In this document: positions 10,580-20,804 of the stretch, one piece after another
Layout of the letters: each line of letters opens with the position of its first letter
How positions within the stretch are numbered: position 1 is the first letter of the stretch
DNA from: Bryobacterales bacterium
GTDB lineage: Bacteria; Acidobacteriota; Terriglobia; Bryobacterales; UBA6623
DNA: 64,000 nucleotides
NCBI GenBank assembly: GCA_963422375.2
Contig: OY729427.2
Span: 320,001-384,000 of the forward strand
Direction: 5' to 3'
Translations under genes and position numbers: made by a program
The notes under the pieces: model-generated
Told to the model about the DNA's origin: nothing
Seen by the model: only the letters and a program-made list of their open reading frames with translations
Databases searched by the model: none

Positions 10580-11530
10580 ATGCTGACATCCAGACGATCC
10601 TTTCTCGCGGGATCCGCGAGCCTCGCGATGGCCGGATGCTCCCGGACAGAGCCGGTAGCGACCGAATCCGAGGAGCTTCCCGTGGACGCGCCGATGCGCC
10701 TGTCCCTGTCGGTGCGCGTCGCGGAGTCCTTCTCGGACAAGCGCAACTCCGAGATGACAATCGACGAGCTGATCGCGCTCGCCAAGGGGTCCGGCTACGA
10801 GGCGCTGTGCATGCGCGCGTCGCAGGTCGGCACGCACACGCCGACCGAGACCGTCGCCGAGGTCCGGCGGAAGATCGACGCGGCGGGACTCGAGGTCTCG
10901 ATGGTCACGGGCGACTTCGCCGTTCCGAGCAACAACGAGGAAGGGCCGCTGCTGCTGCGGAACATCACCCCCTATCTCGACCTGGCAGACGCCCTCGGGG
11001 CAAGGCTGATCCGCGTGTGCATGAAGAAGGACGAGGACATCGAGTTCGCGCGCAGGTCCGCCGACGAGGCCGCCGAGCGGGGCATCCGCCTGGCCCATCA
11101 GTCGCATTGCGCCAGCCTGTTCGAGTCGGTCGCGGGCTCGCTGCGCGTGCTGCAGGAGGTCGGCAGGCCGAACTTCGGCATCATCTACGAGCCGGCCAAC
11201 TGGTTCATCGCCGGCGAGGACTACGGCCTCGACGCGATCCGCGCGATGCAGCCGTACCTGTTCAACTTCTACATCCAGAACCACCGGCTCAACCCGGAGG
11301 GCGTCACCCAGGTCCAGACCTGGACGAATGGGCCGGTAGGGGTCGATCACATCGGCGTCTGGGACGAGGGCGGCATCGACGTCGAGGGCGTGTTCGACGC
11401 CATGCACGCGGTCGGGTACGAGGGCTACCTGACGGTTCACCAAGCGTTCGGCGACGTGATGCCGGTCGAGGAGGCCGTGCGCAAGAGCTACGAGCGACTG
11501 CGGCCGCTGACGATGCGGCGGGGGGCCTGA
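10580..11530 (+). CDS. Tat-exported (lipoprotein-like) sugar phosphate isomerase/epimerase TIM barrel
   Basis: MLTSRRSFLAGSASLAMAGC gives a twin-Arg signal plus lipobox. Body has ADALGARLIRV and GYEGYLTV. Confidence 0.8.
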   Translation: MLTSRRSFLAGSASLAMAGCSRTEPVATESEELPVDAPMRLSLSVRVAESFSDKRNSEMTIDELIALAKGSGYEALCMRASQVGTHTPTETVAEVRRKIDAAGLEVSMVTGDFAVPSNNEEGPLLLRNITPYLDLADALGARLIRVCMKKDEDIEFARRSADEAAERGIRLAHQSHCASLFESVAGSLRVLQEVGRPNFGIIYEPANWFIAGEDYGLDAIRAMQPYLFNFYIQNHRLNPEGVTQVQTWTNGPVGVDHIGVWDEGGIDVEGVFDAMHAVGYEGYLTVHQAFGDVMPVEEAVRKSYERLRPLTMRRGA

Positions 11531-11566
11531 GCCGCCCCGCCGAGCGAACCACAGGGAGGGAAGGCA

Positions 11567-12625
11567 ATGCCCATCGACCGAAGGGAATTCCTCATGGCGC
11601 CGGGGCTGGCGCTGGCGGCCGCGCCTGCGGCCGGCGAGGCAGGAGGCAGGATCCGCGCCGCGGTGCTGGGCACGCAGCACGGCCACGTCCGCGGCAAGCT
11701 GCAGGCCATGATCGACTCCCCCGACTACGAGGTCGCCTGCATCTGCGAGCACGACCCCGGCGTGCAGCGGACGCAAGCCGCGGACCCGCTGTACAAGGGC
11801 CAGAAGTGGGTCTCGGAAGACGAGCTTCTGGGCGACGGGTCGATCGACCTCGTCGTGGTGGAATGCAAGCCGTGGGAGGCCATCCCGTGGGGCCGTAAGG
11901 TGATCGAGGCGGGCAAGCACCTGCACCTCGAGAAACCGGCTGGCGACACCTACGAGCCGTTCAAGGAGCTGGTCGAGAAGGCGCGGTCCGAGAAGCTTCT
12001 GCTGCAGAAGGGCTGGGTGCTGCGCGGGCAAGCGGGCATCAACGCCGCCGTCGAGGCAGCCAGGCAGGGCTGGCTGGGCCACGTGCATCTGGTGCGCGCC
12101 ACGATCAACTCGGACCGGGACCAGCCGCAGCGCGATCTCGAGGCGCGCTACCCGGGCGGGGCCATGTTCGAGCTGGCGGGCCACGTGATCGACCGCGTGC
12201 TAGAGTTCACCGGCCGACCGAGCAAGGTCCACACCTGGCTGCGCCACGACACGGGCGTAGACGACAGCCTGAAGGACAACACTCTCGCCGTCCTCGAGTA
12301 TTCGGGCGGCCTGGCGCTGGTGTCCACCACGGCGCGGATGTACGGCTCCGGCGATCACCGCTCGTTCGAGGTGATCGGCACGGACGGCACGTTCATGGTC
12401 CAGCCGCTCGGCGGCCACTCCACGATGCGCGTCGCCATGCGTAGCGCCCGGGGACCGTACAAGGAGGGCTGGCAGACCGTGGATCTCGGCCCGCAGCCGC
12501 GCTACACCGCCGACTTCGCGGAGTTCGCCCGGGCCTTCAAGACCAAGACACCGCTCGAGTACTCCTACGACCACGAGCTGCTGGTCCACGAAACCGTCCT
12601 GAGGGCGTCCGGTGTCATGGCGTGA
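11567..12625 (+). CDS. Gfo/Idh/MocA family oxidoreductase, Tat signal
   Basis: DRREFL signal, GKHLHLEKP and GGAMFELAGH. Confidence 0.88.
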   Translation: MPIDRREFLMAPGLALAAAPAAGEAGGRIRAAVLGTQHGHVRGKLQAMIDSPDYEVACICEHDPGVQRTQAADPLYKGQKWVSEDELLGDGSIDLVVVECKPWEAIPWGRKVIEAGKHLHLEKPAGDTYEPFKELVEKARSEKLLLQKGWVLRGQAGINAAVEAARQGWLGHVHLVRATINSDRDQPQRDLEARYPGGAMFELAGHVIDRVLEFTGRPSKVHTWLRHDTGVDDSLKDNTLAVLEYSGGLALVSTTARMYGSGDHRSFEVIGTDGTFMVQPLGGHSTMRVAMRSARGPYKEGWQTVDLGPQPRYTADFAEFARAFKTKTPLEYSYDHELLVHETVLRASGVMA

Positions 12626-12650
12626 CCCGAGGGGCGTCGGGAGGCAAGCC

Positions 12651-13787
12651 ATGCTCAAGAGATCCGAGACGTCGCGGCGGGCGGTCCTGCAGGCGGCCGC
12701 GATGGCCGTGCCCGTGGCCGCGGTGAGGGGCACGGCCGCCAACACCGCTCCCAGAGTCGGCCTGCTGGGCTGCGGGGGAAGGGGCGGCTCGCTCGCAAGC
12801 GCCCTATTGGAAGCCTCCGACGCGCGGCTGGTCGCGATGTGCGACCTGTTCGACGAGCAGATCGCCAAGGCCAAGAGCCGGATCGGCACGCAGGCGCCGC
12901 AGGAATTCCGCGACCTCCGGGAGATGCTCGCCGGCGACATCGACGCGGTGATCATCGCGACCCCTCCGTTCCTGCATGCGGAGCACTTCGAGGCCGCGGT
13001 CAAGGCGGGCAAGCACATTTACATCGAGAAGCCGGCCGCGGTCTCGGTCGAGGACTGCAAGCGGATCATGCGGGCGTCCGACGCGGCGGACCGCAAGCTC
13101 AACATCACCATGGGCTTCCAGCGGCGGTACGCCGCGACCTACCGGAAGGCCAAGCAAGCCCACGAGGCAGGCGCGATCGGGACGATTCGCATGGCCCATG
13201 CCCACTTTCTGAAGACCGGCCCCGGCGCGCGGTCGCCGACCGAGCGGGCGCCTCCGGCAACCGAGACGGAGAAGATACGCCGCTGGCACATTTGGAAGGA
13301 CCTTGCCGGCGACCTCATCGTGGAGAACAACGTCCACTGCATCGACATCCTGAACTGGTTCCTCGGAGGACACCCCGAGAGCGCGGTCGGCCGCGGTTCC
13401 GAGACCGCCGATCGCGCCGGGGACATGCGCGACAACAACACGGTCGTCTACGAATACGCGGACGGCGTGCTGGCTTCGCTGGCCGGATCCACGCTCGGCT
13501 CGAAGAACTACCGGGAGGTCCACGAGCAGTTCTTCGGTACGGAGGGCATGATCGAGACCTCCGAGCTCCGCTGGCGGCACTATCGCGGCCGCGGAGACGA
13601 GCTGGTCGAGCCGTCCAAGCGCAGCAACACCCTCGATTCGATAGAAGCGTTCGCGCGGCGGATTGCCGAAGGCACGCCGGAAAACACCGGCGTACGCGGG
13701 GCGGAGAGCACGCTGACCGCCATTCTCGGGCGGATGGCGATGGACGCCCGCGGCGAGGTGACCTGGGACGAGATGTTGGAGTCGTAG
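12651..13787 (+). CDS. Gfo/Idh/MocA family oxidoreductase, Tat signal
   Basis: SRRAVL signal, GLLGCGGRG Rossmann motif, GKHIYIEKP and ENNVHCID. Confidence 0.9.
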   Translation: MLKRSETSRRAVLQAAAMAVPVAAVRGTAANTAPRVGLLGCGGRGGSLASALLEASDARLVAMCDLFDEQIAKAKSRIGTQAPQEFRDLREMLAGDIDAVIIATPPFLHAEHFEAAVKAGKHIYIEKPAAVSVEDCKRIMRASDAADRKLNITMGFQRRYAATYRKAKQAHEAGAIGTIRMAHAHFLKTGPGARSPTERAPPATETEKIRRWHIWKDLAGDLIVENNVHCIDILNWFLGGHPESAVGRGSETADRAGDMRDNNTVVYEYADGVLASLAGSTLGSKNYREVHEQFFGTEGMIETSELRWRHYRGRGDELVEPSKRSNTLDSIEAFARRIAEGTPENTGVRGAESTLTAILGRMAMDARGEVTWDEMLES

Positions 13788-13826
13788 CCGCCCCGACCGT
13801 GCGCGGGCGATTCGGACGCAGAGACT

Positions 13827-14783
13827 ATGAACCGGCGAGAATTCGCGGCGGCGCTGACCGGCGGCGCGGCTATGGCAGGCGGGTGCGGCCAGTCCCGCCT
13901 GCCGCAGACCACGCAGACAAAGGGCCTCAAGCTGTCGGTCACTTGCGACATGTTCCGGGGCCCCGGCCGCGGCCTGCCAGTCGACACCGCGGACCGCAAG
14001 GACCCCCGACCCGACCCCGAGGTTGCCTATACGCCGGACGAGGGCCTCGCGCTGGCCAGGAGCCACGGCTACGAGGGCTTCGAGATGTTCGACTGGCGCA
14101 ACGAGGAGGTGCGCGCCGCGTACGCCGCCGCGATGCGCGAGCACGGCCTCGAAGCCGTGTGCCTCACCGCGAACAAGGGCGTGCGCGCGCCAGGGTGCGG
14201 GCTGACGAACCCGTCCGAAAGGGAGGGCTTCCTCGCGGAGATCGAGAGCGCCTCCAGGATCGCCGCCGAGTTCAGCTGCCGGAGACTGGTGGTTCTCACA
14301 GGCTTCGAGCGCGAGGGCGTGCCGCGGGCGGAGCAGACGGACAGCTGCGTCGAGGGACTGCGGGCGGCCGCGCCGATGCTCGAGTCGGCGGGCATGACTG
14401 TCGTGATCGAACCGATCAATACCTTGGTCACCCGCCCGGGTTTCTTCCTGGCGGGGGGGCGGGAGGGCTTCGAGATGCTTCGGCGCGTGGACTCGCCCAA
14501 CGTCAAGCTGCTGTTCGACATCTATCACGTGCAGGTCACCGACGGCGACCTGATCCGCCAGATCCGCGACAACATCGACCTGATCGGGCACTTCCAGATC
14601 GGCGACCACCCCGGGCGCATGCAGCCCGGCACGGGAGAGATCAACTACCGCAACGTACTCCGCGCGATCTACGACCTGCAGGAGGCGGGCAGGTTCGACG
14701 GCTACGCCGGACTCGAGTACCACCCCAGCGTCACGCTGCCGCAGACTATGGCCGAAGTGCGCGAGCTCGCCACGTTCGCCTGA
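13827..14783 (+). CDS. Hydroxypyruvate isomerase-like TIM barrel, Tat/lipoprotein signal
   Basis: NRREFAA...GGC signal, VIEPIN, LLFDIYHVQ, PGRMQPGTGEINY and GLEYHP. Confidence 0.85.
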   Translation: MNRREFAAALTGGAAMAGGCGQSRLPQTTQTKGLKLSVTCDMFRGPGRGLPVDTADRKDPRPDPEVAYTPDEGLALARSHGYEGFEMFDWRNEEVRAAYAAAMREHGLEAVCLTANKGVRAPGCGLTNPSEREGFLAEIESASRIAAEFSCRRLVVLTGFEREGVPRAEQTDSCVEGLRAAAPMLESAGMTVVIEPINTLVTRPGFFLAGGREGFEMLRRVDSPNVKLLFDIYHVQVTDGDLIRQIRDNIDLIGHFQIGDHPGRMQPGTGEINYRNVLRAIYDLQEAGRFDGYAGLEYHPSVTLPQTMAEVRELATFA

Positions 14784-15323
14784 CCTCGCGACCGTCACTG
14801 CCGTTCGCGCCCCGGCCGACCGGAGCTCGGGCGCCCGCTCCGACACGGACCTGCGACAGGGCGAAAGCATGGAAGTGCCGACCGCCCAGCATCGGACGTC
14901 TTGATGGAACGCGCCCGCCGCTTGGTTCGTCTCCGGTCCGAGCACGATGCGGCTTCGGAAAGCCGGATGGACGTTCTCGCTCACGCTCCCTTCGCATCCA
15001 TGGAACAGCTCGGGCAAGTGGTGATTGGTGGATCCAGAGCCCTCTTCTAACGCGGCCTCTAGCAAGGGGTACCCGTGCGTCATGACGCCATCGGATTCGT
15101 TTGACGGATCGCCCCGCAAGGCCATCCTGTCAAGACCTAGCAGGCAGTTCCCGGCAACTTCCCAAGATGCTTGATTCGTATCGAAGGCCCGACCGAGTGC
15201 CGAGACCCAAGACGCCGAATTCCTAAAGCTGCCCCGGATGAATCGTACGGCTATCGCGGACTTCCGTCGGACTAGGCGCGTCACGGAAGCGGCGGCCGGC
15301 TATCCCGCCGATGCCCGGCGCAG

Positions 15324-16751
15324 TCAGGCCAGCAGCTTCGACACCACCCGCCCCGACACGTCGGTCAGGCGAAAGTCCCGTCCCTGGTGGCGATAGGTCA
15401 GCCGCTCGTGGTCCAGACCCATCAGGTGCAGGATCGTCGCTTGCAGGTCATGCACGTGGACAGGGTCCTCTGCGGCGGCGAGCGCCAGCTCGTCGGTGGA
15501 TCCGACAACCTGGCCTCCTCTGATCCCGCCGCCCGCAAGCCACATCGAAAATCCGTTCGGGTGATGGTCGCGTCCGACCTTGTCGCCGACATGCTTCAGC
15601 TGGCCCAAGGAGGTGCGGCCGAACTCGCCGCCCCACGCTACCAAGGTCTCGTCCAGCAGCCCCCGGCGCTTGAGATCTTCCAGCAGCGCGGCAACCGGGC
15701 GGTCGGTAGTCTCGCAGTTCTTCCTGAGCCCCTCGTCCAAGTTCGTGTGGTCGTCCCACGAGGCGTGAGTCAGCATCACGACCCGCACGCCCCGCTCCAC
15801 CATCCGCCGGGCCAGAAGACAGTTCGTGCCGTACGCGTGGGTCGGCTCCTGCCCGATGCCGTAGAGGTCCTTGGTCGCTTGCGGCTCGTCCGCGAAATCG
15901 AGCAATTCCGGCGCCGAGGCCTGCATGCGGAAGGCGAGTTCGTAGCTGGCCATGCGCGAGGCGATCTGGCGGTCGCCGCTGCGCTCCAGGTTCTCCTCGT
16001 TGAGCCGTCGCAGCGTCTCGATGCTGAGCTGCTGGGATTGGCGGGACACCCCGTCCGGATTGGACAGGTAGAGGATCGGGTCCCCCGACCTCCGCAGGGG
16101 CACGCCCGCGTAGGTCGACGGCAGGAAGCCGCTCGAGAAGTTCGACGACCCGCCGCTCGCCCCGCGCCCGGAACTCAGCACGACGAATCCCGGCAGGTCC
16201 TGCGACTCGCTGCCCAGCCCGTAGGTCAGCCACGCGCCGACTGTCGGCCGCCCCACCAGCGGGCTGCCGCTCATGAGCATCGACTGGCCCGGGTGATGGT
16301 TGACCTGATCGGTCTGCATCGAACGCACCAGGCAGATCTCGTCGGCCACTCGCTGGAGGGCGGGCAGGTAGTCGCTGATCTCCGTCCCGCTCCGGCCGCA
16401 CCGCGAGAACTCGCGCGGGCTGGCCAGCACCTTCGCGGTCGGCTTGATAAAGGCCAGCTTCAGAGCCTTCGTCAGCGACGGAGGGAGGGGCTCGCCGTGC
16501 CACTTCTTCAAGCCCGGCTTCGGATCGAAGAGATCCATCTGGCTCGGAGCGCCCGCCATGAACAGGAAGATCAGGTTCTTGGCCTTGGCCGGATGGTGCG
16601 GGGGCCTCGCGGCCAGCGGGCCGCCGTCCGCAACCGCCGTCCGTCCTTCGGTTCCGACCAAGTGCGCCAGGCCCAGCGTCCCGAGCCCGGCGGCGCAGGA
16701 ATCCAGAAAGCTCCTGCGCGTCCGGACCGCGCGGTACGTTTCAAGTGTCAT
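15324..16751 (-). CDS. DUF1501 domain protein, Tat signal
   Basis: TRRSFL signal, IFLFMAGAPSQMDLFDPKP, WGGEFGRT and GRDHHP; ends FRLTDVSGRVVSKLLA. Confidence 0.9.
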   Translation of the reverse strand: MTLETYRAVRTRRSFLDSCAAGLGTLGLAHLVGTEGRTAVADGGPLAARPPHHPAKAKNLIFLFMAGAPSQMDLFDPKPGLKKWHGEPLPPSLTKALKLAFIKPTAKVLASPREFSRCGRSGTEISDYLPALQRVADEICLVRSMQTDQVNHHPGQSMLMSGSPLVGRPTVGAWLTYGLGSESQDLPGFVVLSSGRGASGGSSNFSSGFLPSTYAGVPLRRSGDPILYLSNPDGVSRQSQQLSIETLRRLNEENLERSGDRQIASRMASYELAFRMQASAPELLDFADEPQATKDLYGIGQEPTHAYGTNCLLARRMVERGVRVVMLTHASWDDHTNLDEGLRKNCETTDRPVAALLEDLKRRGLLDETLVAWGGEFGRTSLGQLKHVGDKVGRDHHPNGFSMWLAGGGIRGGQVVGSTDELALAAAEDPVHVHDLQATILHLMGLDHERLTYRHQGRDFRLTDVSGRVVSKLLA

Positions 16752-16756
16752 GGCAG

Positions 16757-19291
16757 TTACTCTCGGGTGACGAACTCGTCCATGTTCAGCAAGATGCGTC
16801 CGATGCCGACCCAAGCGGCGGGCGCGGTAGGGTCTCCGGCGCCGGCAGGCTCGAACGGGAACCACCGGCGCGCCGTTTCCTCGTCCTCTTCGAGCAGGGC
16901 CCTCTGGCGGACGAAGTAGTCGAGCATCGCGACGCGTTCCGACGACGTGGGCCGCCGCGCCAAGCACAGGCCGAAGGCGCGGTCCAGTCGCGCGTCGAAC
17001 GACTGCCGGGGCGTCTCGCGAAGGATCCGATATGCCAGCCCGCGGGCCATCTCGAAGAACACCGGGTCGTTCAGCAGGTTCAGCGCCTGCAAGGGCGTGT
17101 TCGACCGGTTACGGGCGCACCGCGCTACGTTCCGCTCCTGCAGGTCGAAGTTCGCGAGAAACGGGTAAGGAGTCGTTCGCTGGAAGTGAATGTAGAGACC
17201 GCGCCTGTACCGGTCGCGCCCTCGGCTCTCCGCCCACTTCACCGAGCTCCCGTAGCCCAGTTCCGCGACCCCTTGCGGCTGGCGGGGGCGGACGCTGCGG
17301 CCGCCGACCTTCGGATACAGCAGGCCTGCCACCGACAGCGAAGCGTCGCGCAGCGTCTCGGCCGGGAGCCGTAGGCGCACCTGCCGGCCGAGCAAGCGGT
17401 TGCCCGGATCCCGCTCGCCGAGATCCGCCCGCAGGCGCGAGGACTGGCGGTAGGTCGCGGAAGTCGCGATCAGGCGATGAACATGCTTGACGCTCCAGCC
17501 GGACTCGATGAATTCGGTCGCCAGCCAGTCCAGCAGGCCGGGATGCGAGGGCGGGTCGCCGCGAAGACCGAAGTTATCGGACGTCGACACCAAGCCCCTG
17601 CCGAAGTACTCCTGCCAGACACGGTTGACCGCGACGCGAGCGGTGAGAGGGTTCTCCCGCGAGACGAGCCATCGGGCCAGGTCCAGCCGTGTCGGCGAAG
17701 GCCCGGACCCCCGCAGGGGAGGCAGCGAGGCGGGGACGCCGGCGGATACCTCCGCACCGAGATCGTCCCAGGCACCGGAAGGATGGACATGCGACCGGGG
17801 CGGCCGCGCCGCCGTCTGGACGGCGCGCGCCCGGCTGACGTCGGGAAACTCGTCGACGAGGGCGTGGACTTCCTCGACTGCGTCCCGGAAGCCGGTGGCT
17901 TCGTACTCCTCCTTGCTGGTCACCCGGCTGTAGTTCCGCAGGAACCATTCGGTGAGAACCAAGTCCTCGCGCCACAGGCGCGCGCTCGGAGGAGTCTGCA
18001 GGATGCGCTGGCCGTCGTCTACGTAGAGATCGAGGATGTCCCAGCTCGTATCCCACTCGTGCTCGGCGCCGGGATTCCGGGAGGCCCAGAGCATCTTCTC
18101 CTCCCACGGGCCCATCAGCTCCTTCACCCGGAACCTGCCGTAGACCTCCTCGAGCTGCCGATCGAATTCCGGCTTGGCCGCCAGGAAGGGCCCGGTCTCG
18201 CCGGGCAGGGGCGCGTCGATGTCCACCTCGTCCAGCTCGTTGAAGAACGCGAGCATTCGGTAATGGTCCGCCTGGGTAATCGGATCGTACTTGTGATCGT
18301 GGCAGCGGGCGCACTCCAGGGACAGGCCGAGCCAAACCGTGGCGACGGTGCTGGCGCGGTCCGCCACCTCCTCGAACCGGAACTCCTCGACATTCACCCC
18401 GCCCTCGCGGTTCTTGAGGGTGTTGCGGTAGAAGCCGGTGGCGACGAGCTGCTCGACGGTCGAGCCGGGCGCGAGATCCCCGGCGATCTGGTCGAGTGTG
18501 AACCGGTCGAAGGGCATATCGCGGTTCAGGGCCTGGATGACCCAGTGGCGGTAGCGCCATGCATGCGGCCGCACGGAGTCCTTCTCGTAGCCGTCGGAAT
18601 CCGCGTAGCGCACCTGGTCGAGCCAGAGCGACGCCCAGCGCTCGCCGAACTGCTCGGAGTCGAGCAGGCGGTCCACCAGTCCGTCGAGGTCGGAGCCGGC
18701 CGCGAGATCTGCCGGTGCGGGCGGCAGGCCCGTCAGGTCAAGGAACGTGCGACGGAGGAGGGTGTGCGCCGCGGCCTCGGGCGACGGCGCGAGCCCCTCG
18801 CGCTCCAGTCTCGCGAGCACGAAGGAATCGATGGGATTGCGCACCCACTTCCGGTCGCGGACCTCCGGAACGGCCGGGCCTCGGATCGGGCGGAAGGCCC
18901 AGTGCCCCGCGTCCCGAGCGAGGTCGCCCTCGGCGGCCGCAGCCTCCCACCGAGCGCCCGCGTCGATCCATGACCGGAACTTGCCGATGTCGGATGCGGC
19001 CAAGGGCCCTCCGGGTGGCATCCTCGCGAGACCGTCCGCCCCTTCGAGCCGCTTCAGCAGGGCGCTCGCCGCTGGCACGCCCGGAACGATCGCCGGGCCG
19101 GAATGCCCGCCCCGCAGGGCGTCCTCGCGACGGTCGAGCCGCAGGCCGTTCTGCTGCAGCGCCTCGCCGTGGCAAATCACGCAGTGCTGAGCGAGGAGGG
19201 GCCCTATGTCCTCGGAAAAGGAAACCGCTGCGGGAGCCTGGACGGCAAGGACAGCCATCAAGGCGCTCAGAGCTAGCGCCCTGCCATTCAT
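16757..19291 (-). CDS. Planctomycete-type cytochrome c / DUF1549 / DUF1553 (PSCyt/PSD1) protein
   Basis: CVICH heme motif, HWAFRP, NPIDSFV, CARCHDHKYDP, NPLTARVAVNRVWQ and TPLQAL. Confidence 0.9.
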   Translation of the reverse strand: MNGRALALSALMAVLAVQAPAAVSFSEDIGPLLAQHCVICHGEALQQNGLRLDRREDALRGGHSGPAIVPGVPAASALLKRLEGADGLARMPPGGPLAASDIGKFRSWIDAGARWEAAAAEGDLARDAGHWAFRPIRGPAVPEVRDRKWVRNPIDSFVLARLEREGLAPSPEAAAHTLLRRTFLDLTGLPPAPADLAAGSDLDGLVDRLLDSEQFGERWASLWLDQVRYADSDGYEKDSVRPHAWRYRHWVIQALNRDMPFDRFTLDQIAGDLAPGSTVEQLVATGFYRNTLKNREGGVNVEEFRFEEVADRASTVATVWLGLSLECARCHDHKYDPITQADHYRMLAFFNELDEVDIDAPLPGETGPFLAAKPEFDRQLEEVYGRFRVKELMGPWEEKMLWASRNPGAEHEWDTSWDILDLYVDDGQRILQTPPSARLWREDLVLTEWFLRNYSRVTSKEEYEATGFRDAVEEVHALVDEFPDVSRARAVQTAARPPRSHVHPSGAWDDLGAEVSAGVPASLPPLRGSGPSPTRLDLARWLVSRENPLTARVAVNRVWQEYFGRGLVSTSDNFGLRGDPPSHPGLLDWLATEFIESGWSVKHVHRLIATSATYRQSSRLRADLGERDPGNRLLGRQVRLRLPAETLRDASLSVAGLLYPKVGGRSVRPRQPQGVAELGYGSSVKWAESRGRDRYRRGLYIHFQRTTPYPFLANFDLQERNVARCARNRSNTPLQALNLLNDPVFFEMARGLAYRILRETPRQSFDARLDRAFGLCLARRPTSSERVAMLDYFVRQRALLEEDEETARRWFPFEPAGAGDPTAPAAWVGIGRILLNMDEFVTRE

Positions 19292-19322
19292 GGCCCCATT
19301 ATGTGCCCGCGGCCCCTTCGTT

Positions 19323-20804
19323 TCAAGGACCGGGCTCGATTTCTCGCAGGCGGTCGCGCAGCGCGCTGTCGAGCGCGGCGACGATCCGGCGGGTTTCCGC
19401 CCGGACGTCGCCGGCGAGATTGACGCGCTCTCCGGGATCCCTCTCGAGGTCGTAGAGCTCGTCCATGCCCGGCCGGCTGTCTCGCACCAGCTTCCACTGG
19501 GGCGTCCTCCACATGCGCTGGTCCACCCGCTCCTGGTGCAGCTGCCTGTACTCGCCGTAGAAGGAGTCCCTCCACGAGAGGTCCCGGCCCTCGAGAAGCG
19601 GCAGGAAGCTCCTCCCCCGGACGACGGCGCCTTGCGGCGGGTCGAGGCCCGCCATGGCCAGAATGGTGGGAAACCAGTCGAGATTGAGCACCACGCGGTC
19701 GACAACGGCGCCCGCCGCCAGCATGCCGCGCCAGCGCACCACCGCGGGGACTCGCAGCGAGGTGTCGTACATGTTGGACCGGTAGCCGCGGTTGTCCTCA
19801 AGCAGCCAGCGACCGTTGCCCTTGTGCCAGATCCCGTGGTGCCCCATGTTGAATCCGTGATCGCTGGTGAACACGACGACCGTGTCGCTGGCAAGCCCGA
19901 GCTCGTCGAGCGCGTCCAGCACGCGCCCGACGTTGCGATCCAAGCTCGCCACGGCGCCGAGGTACTCGGCGAGCATGCGCCGCGCCCGCGGGACGTCGAG
20001 GCCGGGATAGAGCGGCCTGGGCAGCGACGGACGGACGTCCCGGAACGGATTCCAGTCGGCCGGGCTCAGGGGCAGCCAAGTCCGGTCACCGTCGGGCGTG
20101 CGGTTGGCCGTGTTGGCATGAGGAGCCCAGAAATGGACGCTCAGCAGGAACGGCGCGGGCCCGCCGGCTACGCTTCGAACGAACCGAATCGCTTCGTCCG
20201 CCAGAATATCCGGGGTGTAGCCGCGGACCACCGTCACGCGCCCGTCGGACTCGACCTCCGGATTCTTGGAAGTGCCCGCTCCCGTCCGAAAGCCGTAGAA
20301 GGAGTCGTAGCCGTAGTGGGTCGGGAAGTACCTGGCCTGGCTGCCCAGGTGCCACTTGCCGACGAGGCACGTCGCGTACCCGGCCGCTTGCAGCAGCCGC
20401 GGCCAAGTAGGCAGCGCGGGATCCAAGCCATTCTCCGGCTCGCGAGCGGCGTTGAGGTAGTCGGTGATGCCCACCTCGGTGCCGTAGCGGCTCGCCAGCA
20501 GCCCTGCGCGTGACGGGCTGCAGACAGGGGTGGTGGTGAACGCGCTGGTCAGCCCCACCCCTTCCGCGTAGAGGCGATCTAGGTTCGGCGTTCGCGCCTG
20601 CTCGTTGCCCAGCGCTCCAATCGTCCAAGAGGCCTGGTCGTCCGCATAGAAGAAGACGATGTTCGGCCGCTCCGCGGCGACCGCGCAGACCGCGAGGTGC
20701 GTCCCGAATGCCAGCGTCGCGGAAACGCCGACGCGGCGAGACCCGGATGCGAGCCCCTGCCGTCCGGAGACGTCCGGCACCGGAATGAGCCGTCCGGGCG
20801 TCAT
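19323..20804 (-). CDS. Cys-type sulfatase
   Basis: RPNIVFFYADDQ, TPVCSPSRA, GKWHLG, SDHGF and ELYDL. Start uncertain. Confidence 0.9.
   Translation of the reverse strand: MTPGRLIPVPDVSGRQGLASGSRRVGVSATLAFGTHLAVCAVAAERPNIVFFYADDQASWTIGALGNEQARTPNLDRLYAEGVGLTSAFTTTPVCSPSRAGLLASRYGTEVGITDYLNAAREPENGLDPALPTWPRLLQAAGYATCLVGKWHLGSQARYFPTHYGYDSFYGFRTGAGTSKNPEVESDGRVTVVRGYTPDILADEAIRFVRSVAGGPAPFLLSVHFWAPHANTANRTPDGDRTWLPLSPADWNPFRDVRPSLPRPLYPGLDVPRARRMLAEYLGAVASLDRNVGRVLDALDELGLASDTVVVFTSDHGFNMGHHGIWHKGNGRWLLEDNRGYRSNMYDTSLRVPAVVRWRGMLAAGAVVDRVVLNLDWFPTILAMAGLDPPQGAVVRGRSFLPLLEGRDLSWRDSFYGEYRQLHQERVDQRMWRTPQWKLVRDSRPGMDELYDLERDPGERVNLAGDVRAETRRIVAALDSALRDRLREIEPGP

Noticed and set aside
12804..15284. 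Long ORFs of 826 aa (-) and 748 aa (+, 12839..15085)
   Set aside because: They overlap well-supported genes on the antisense strand or in an alternate frame and are R/P/G-rich without motifs, as is typical of high-GC shadow ORFs.
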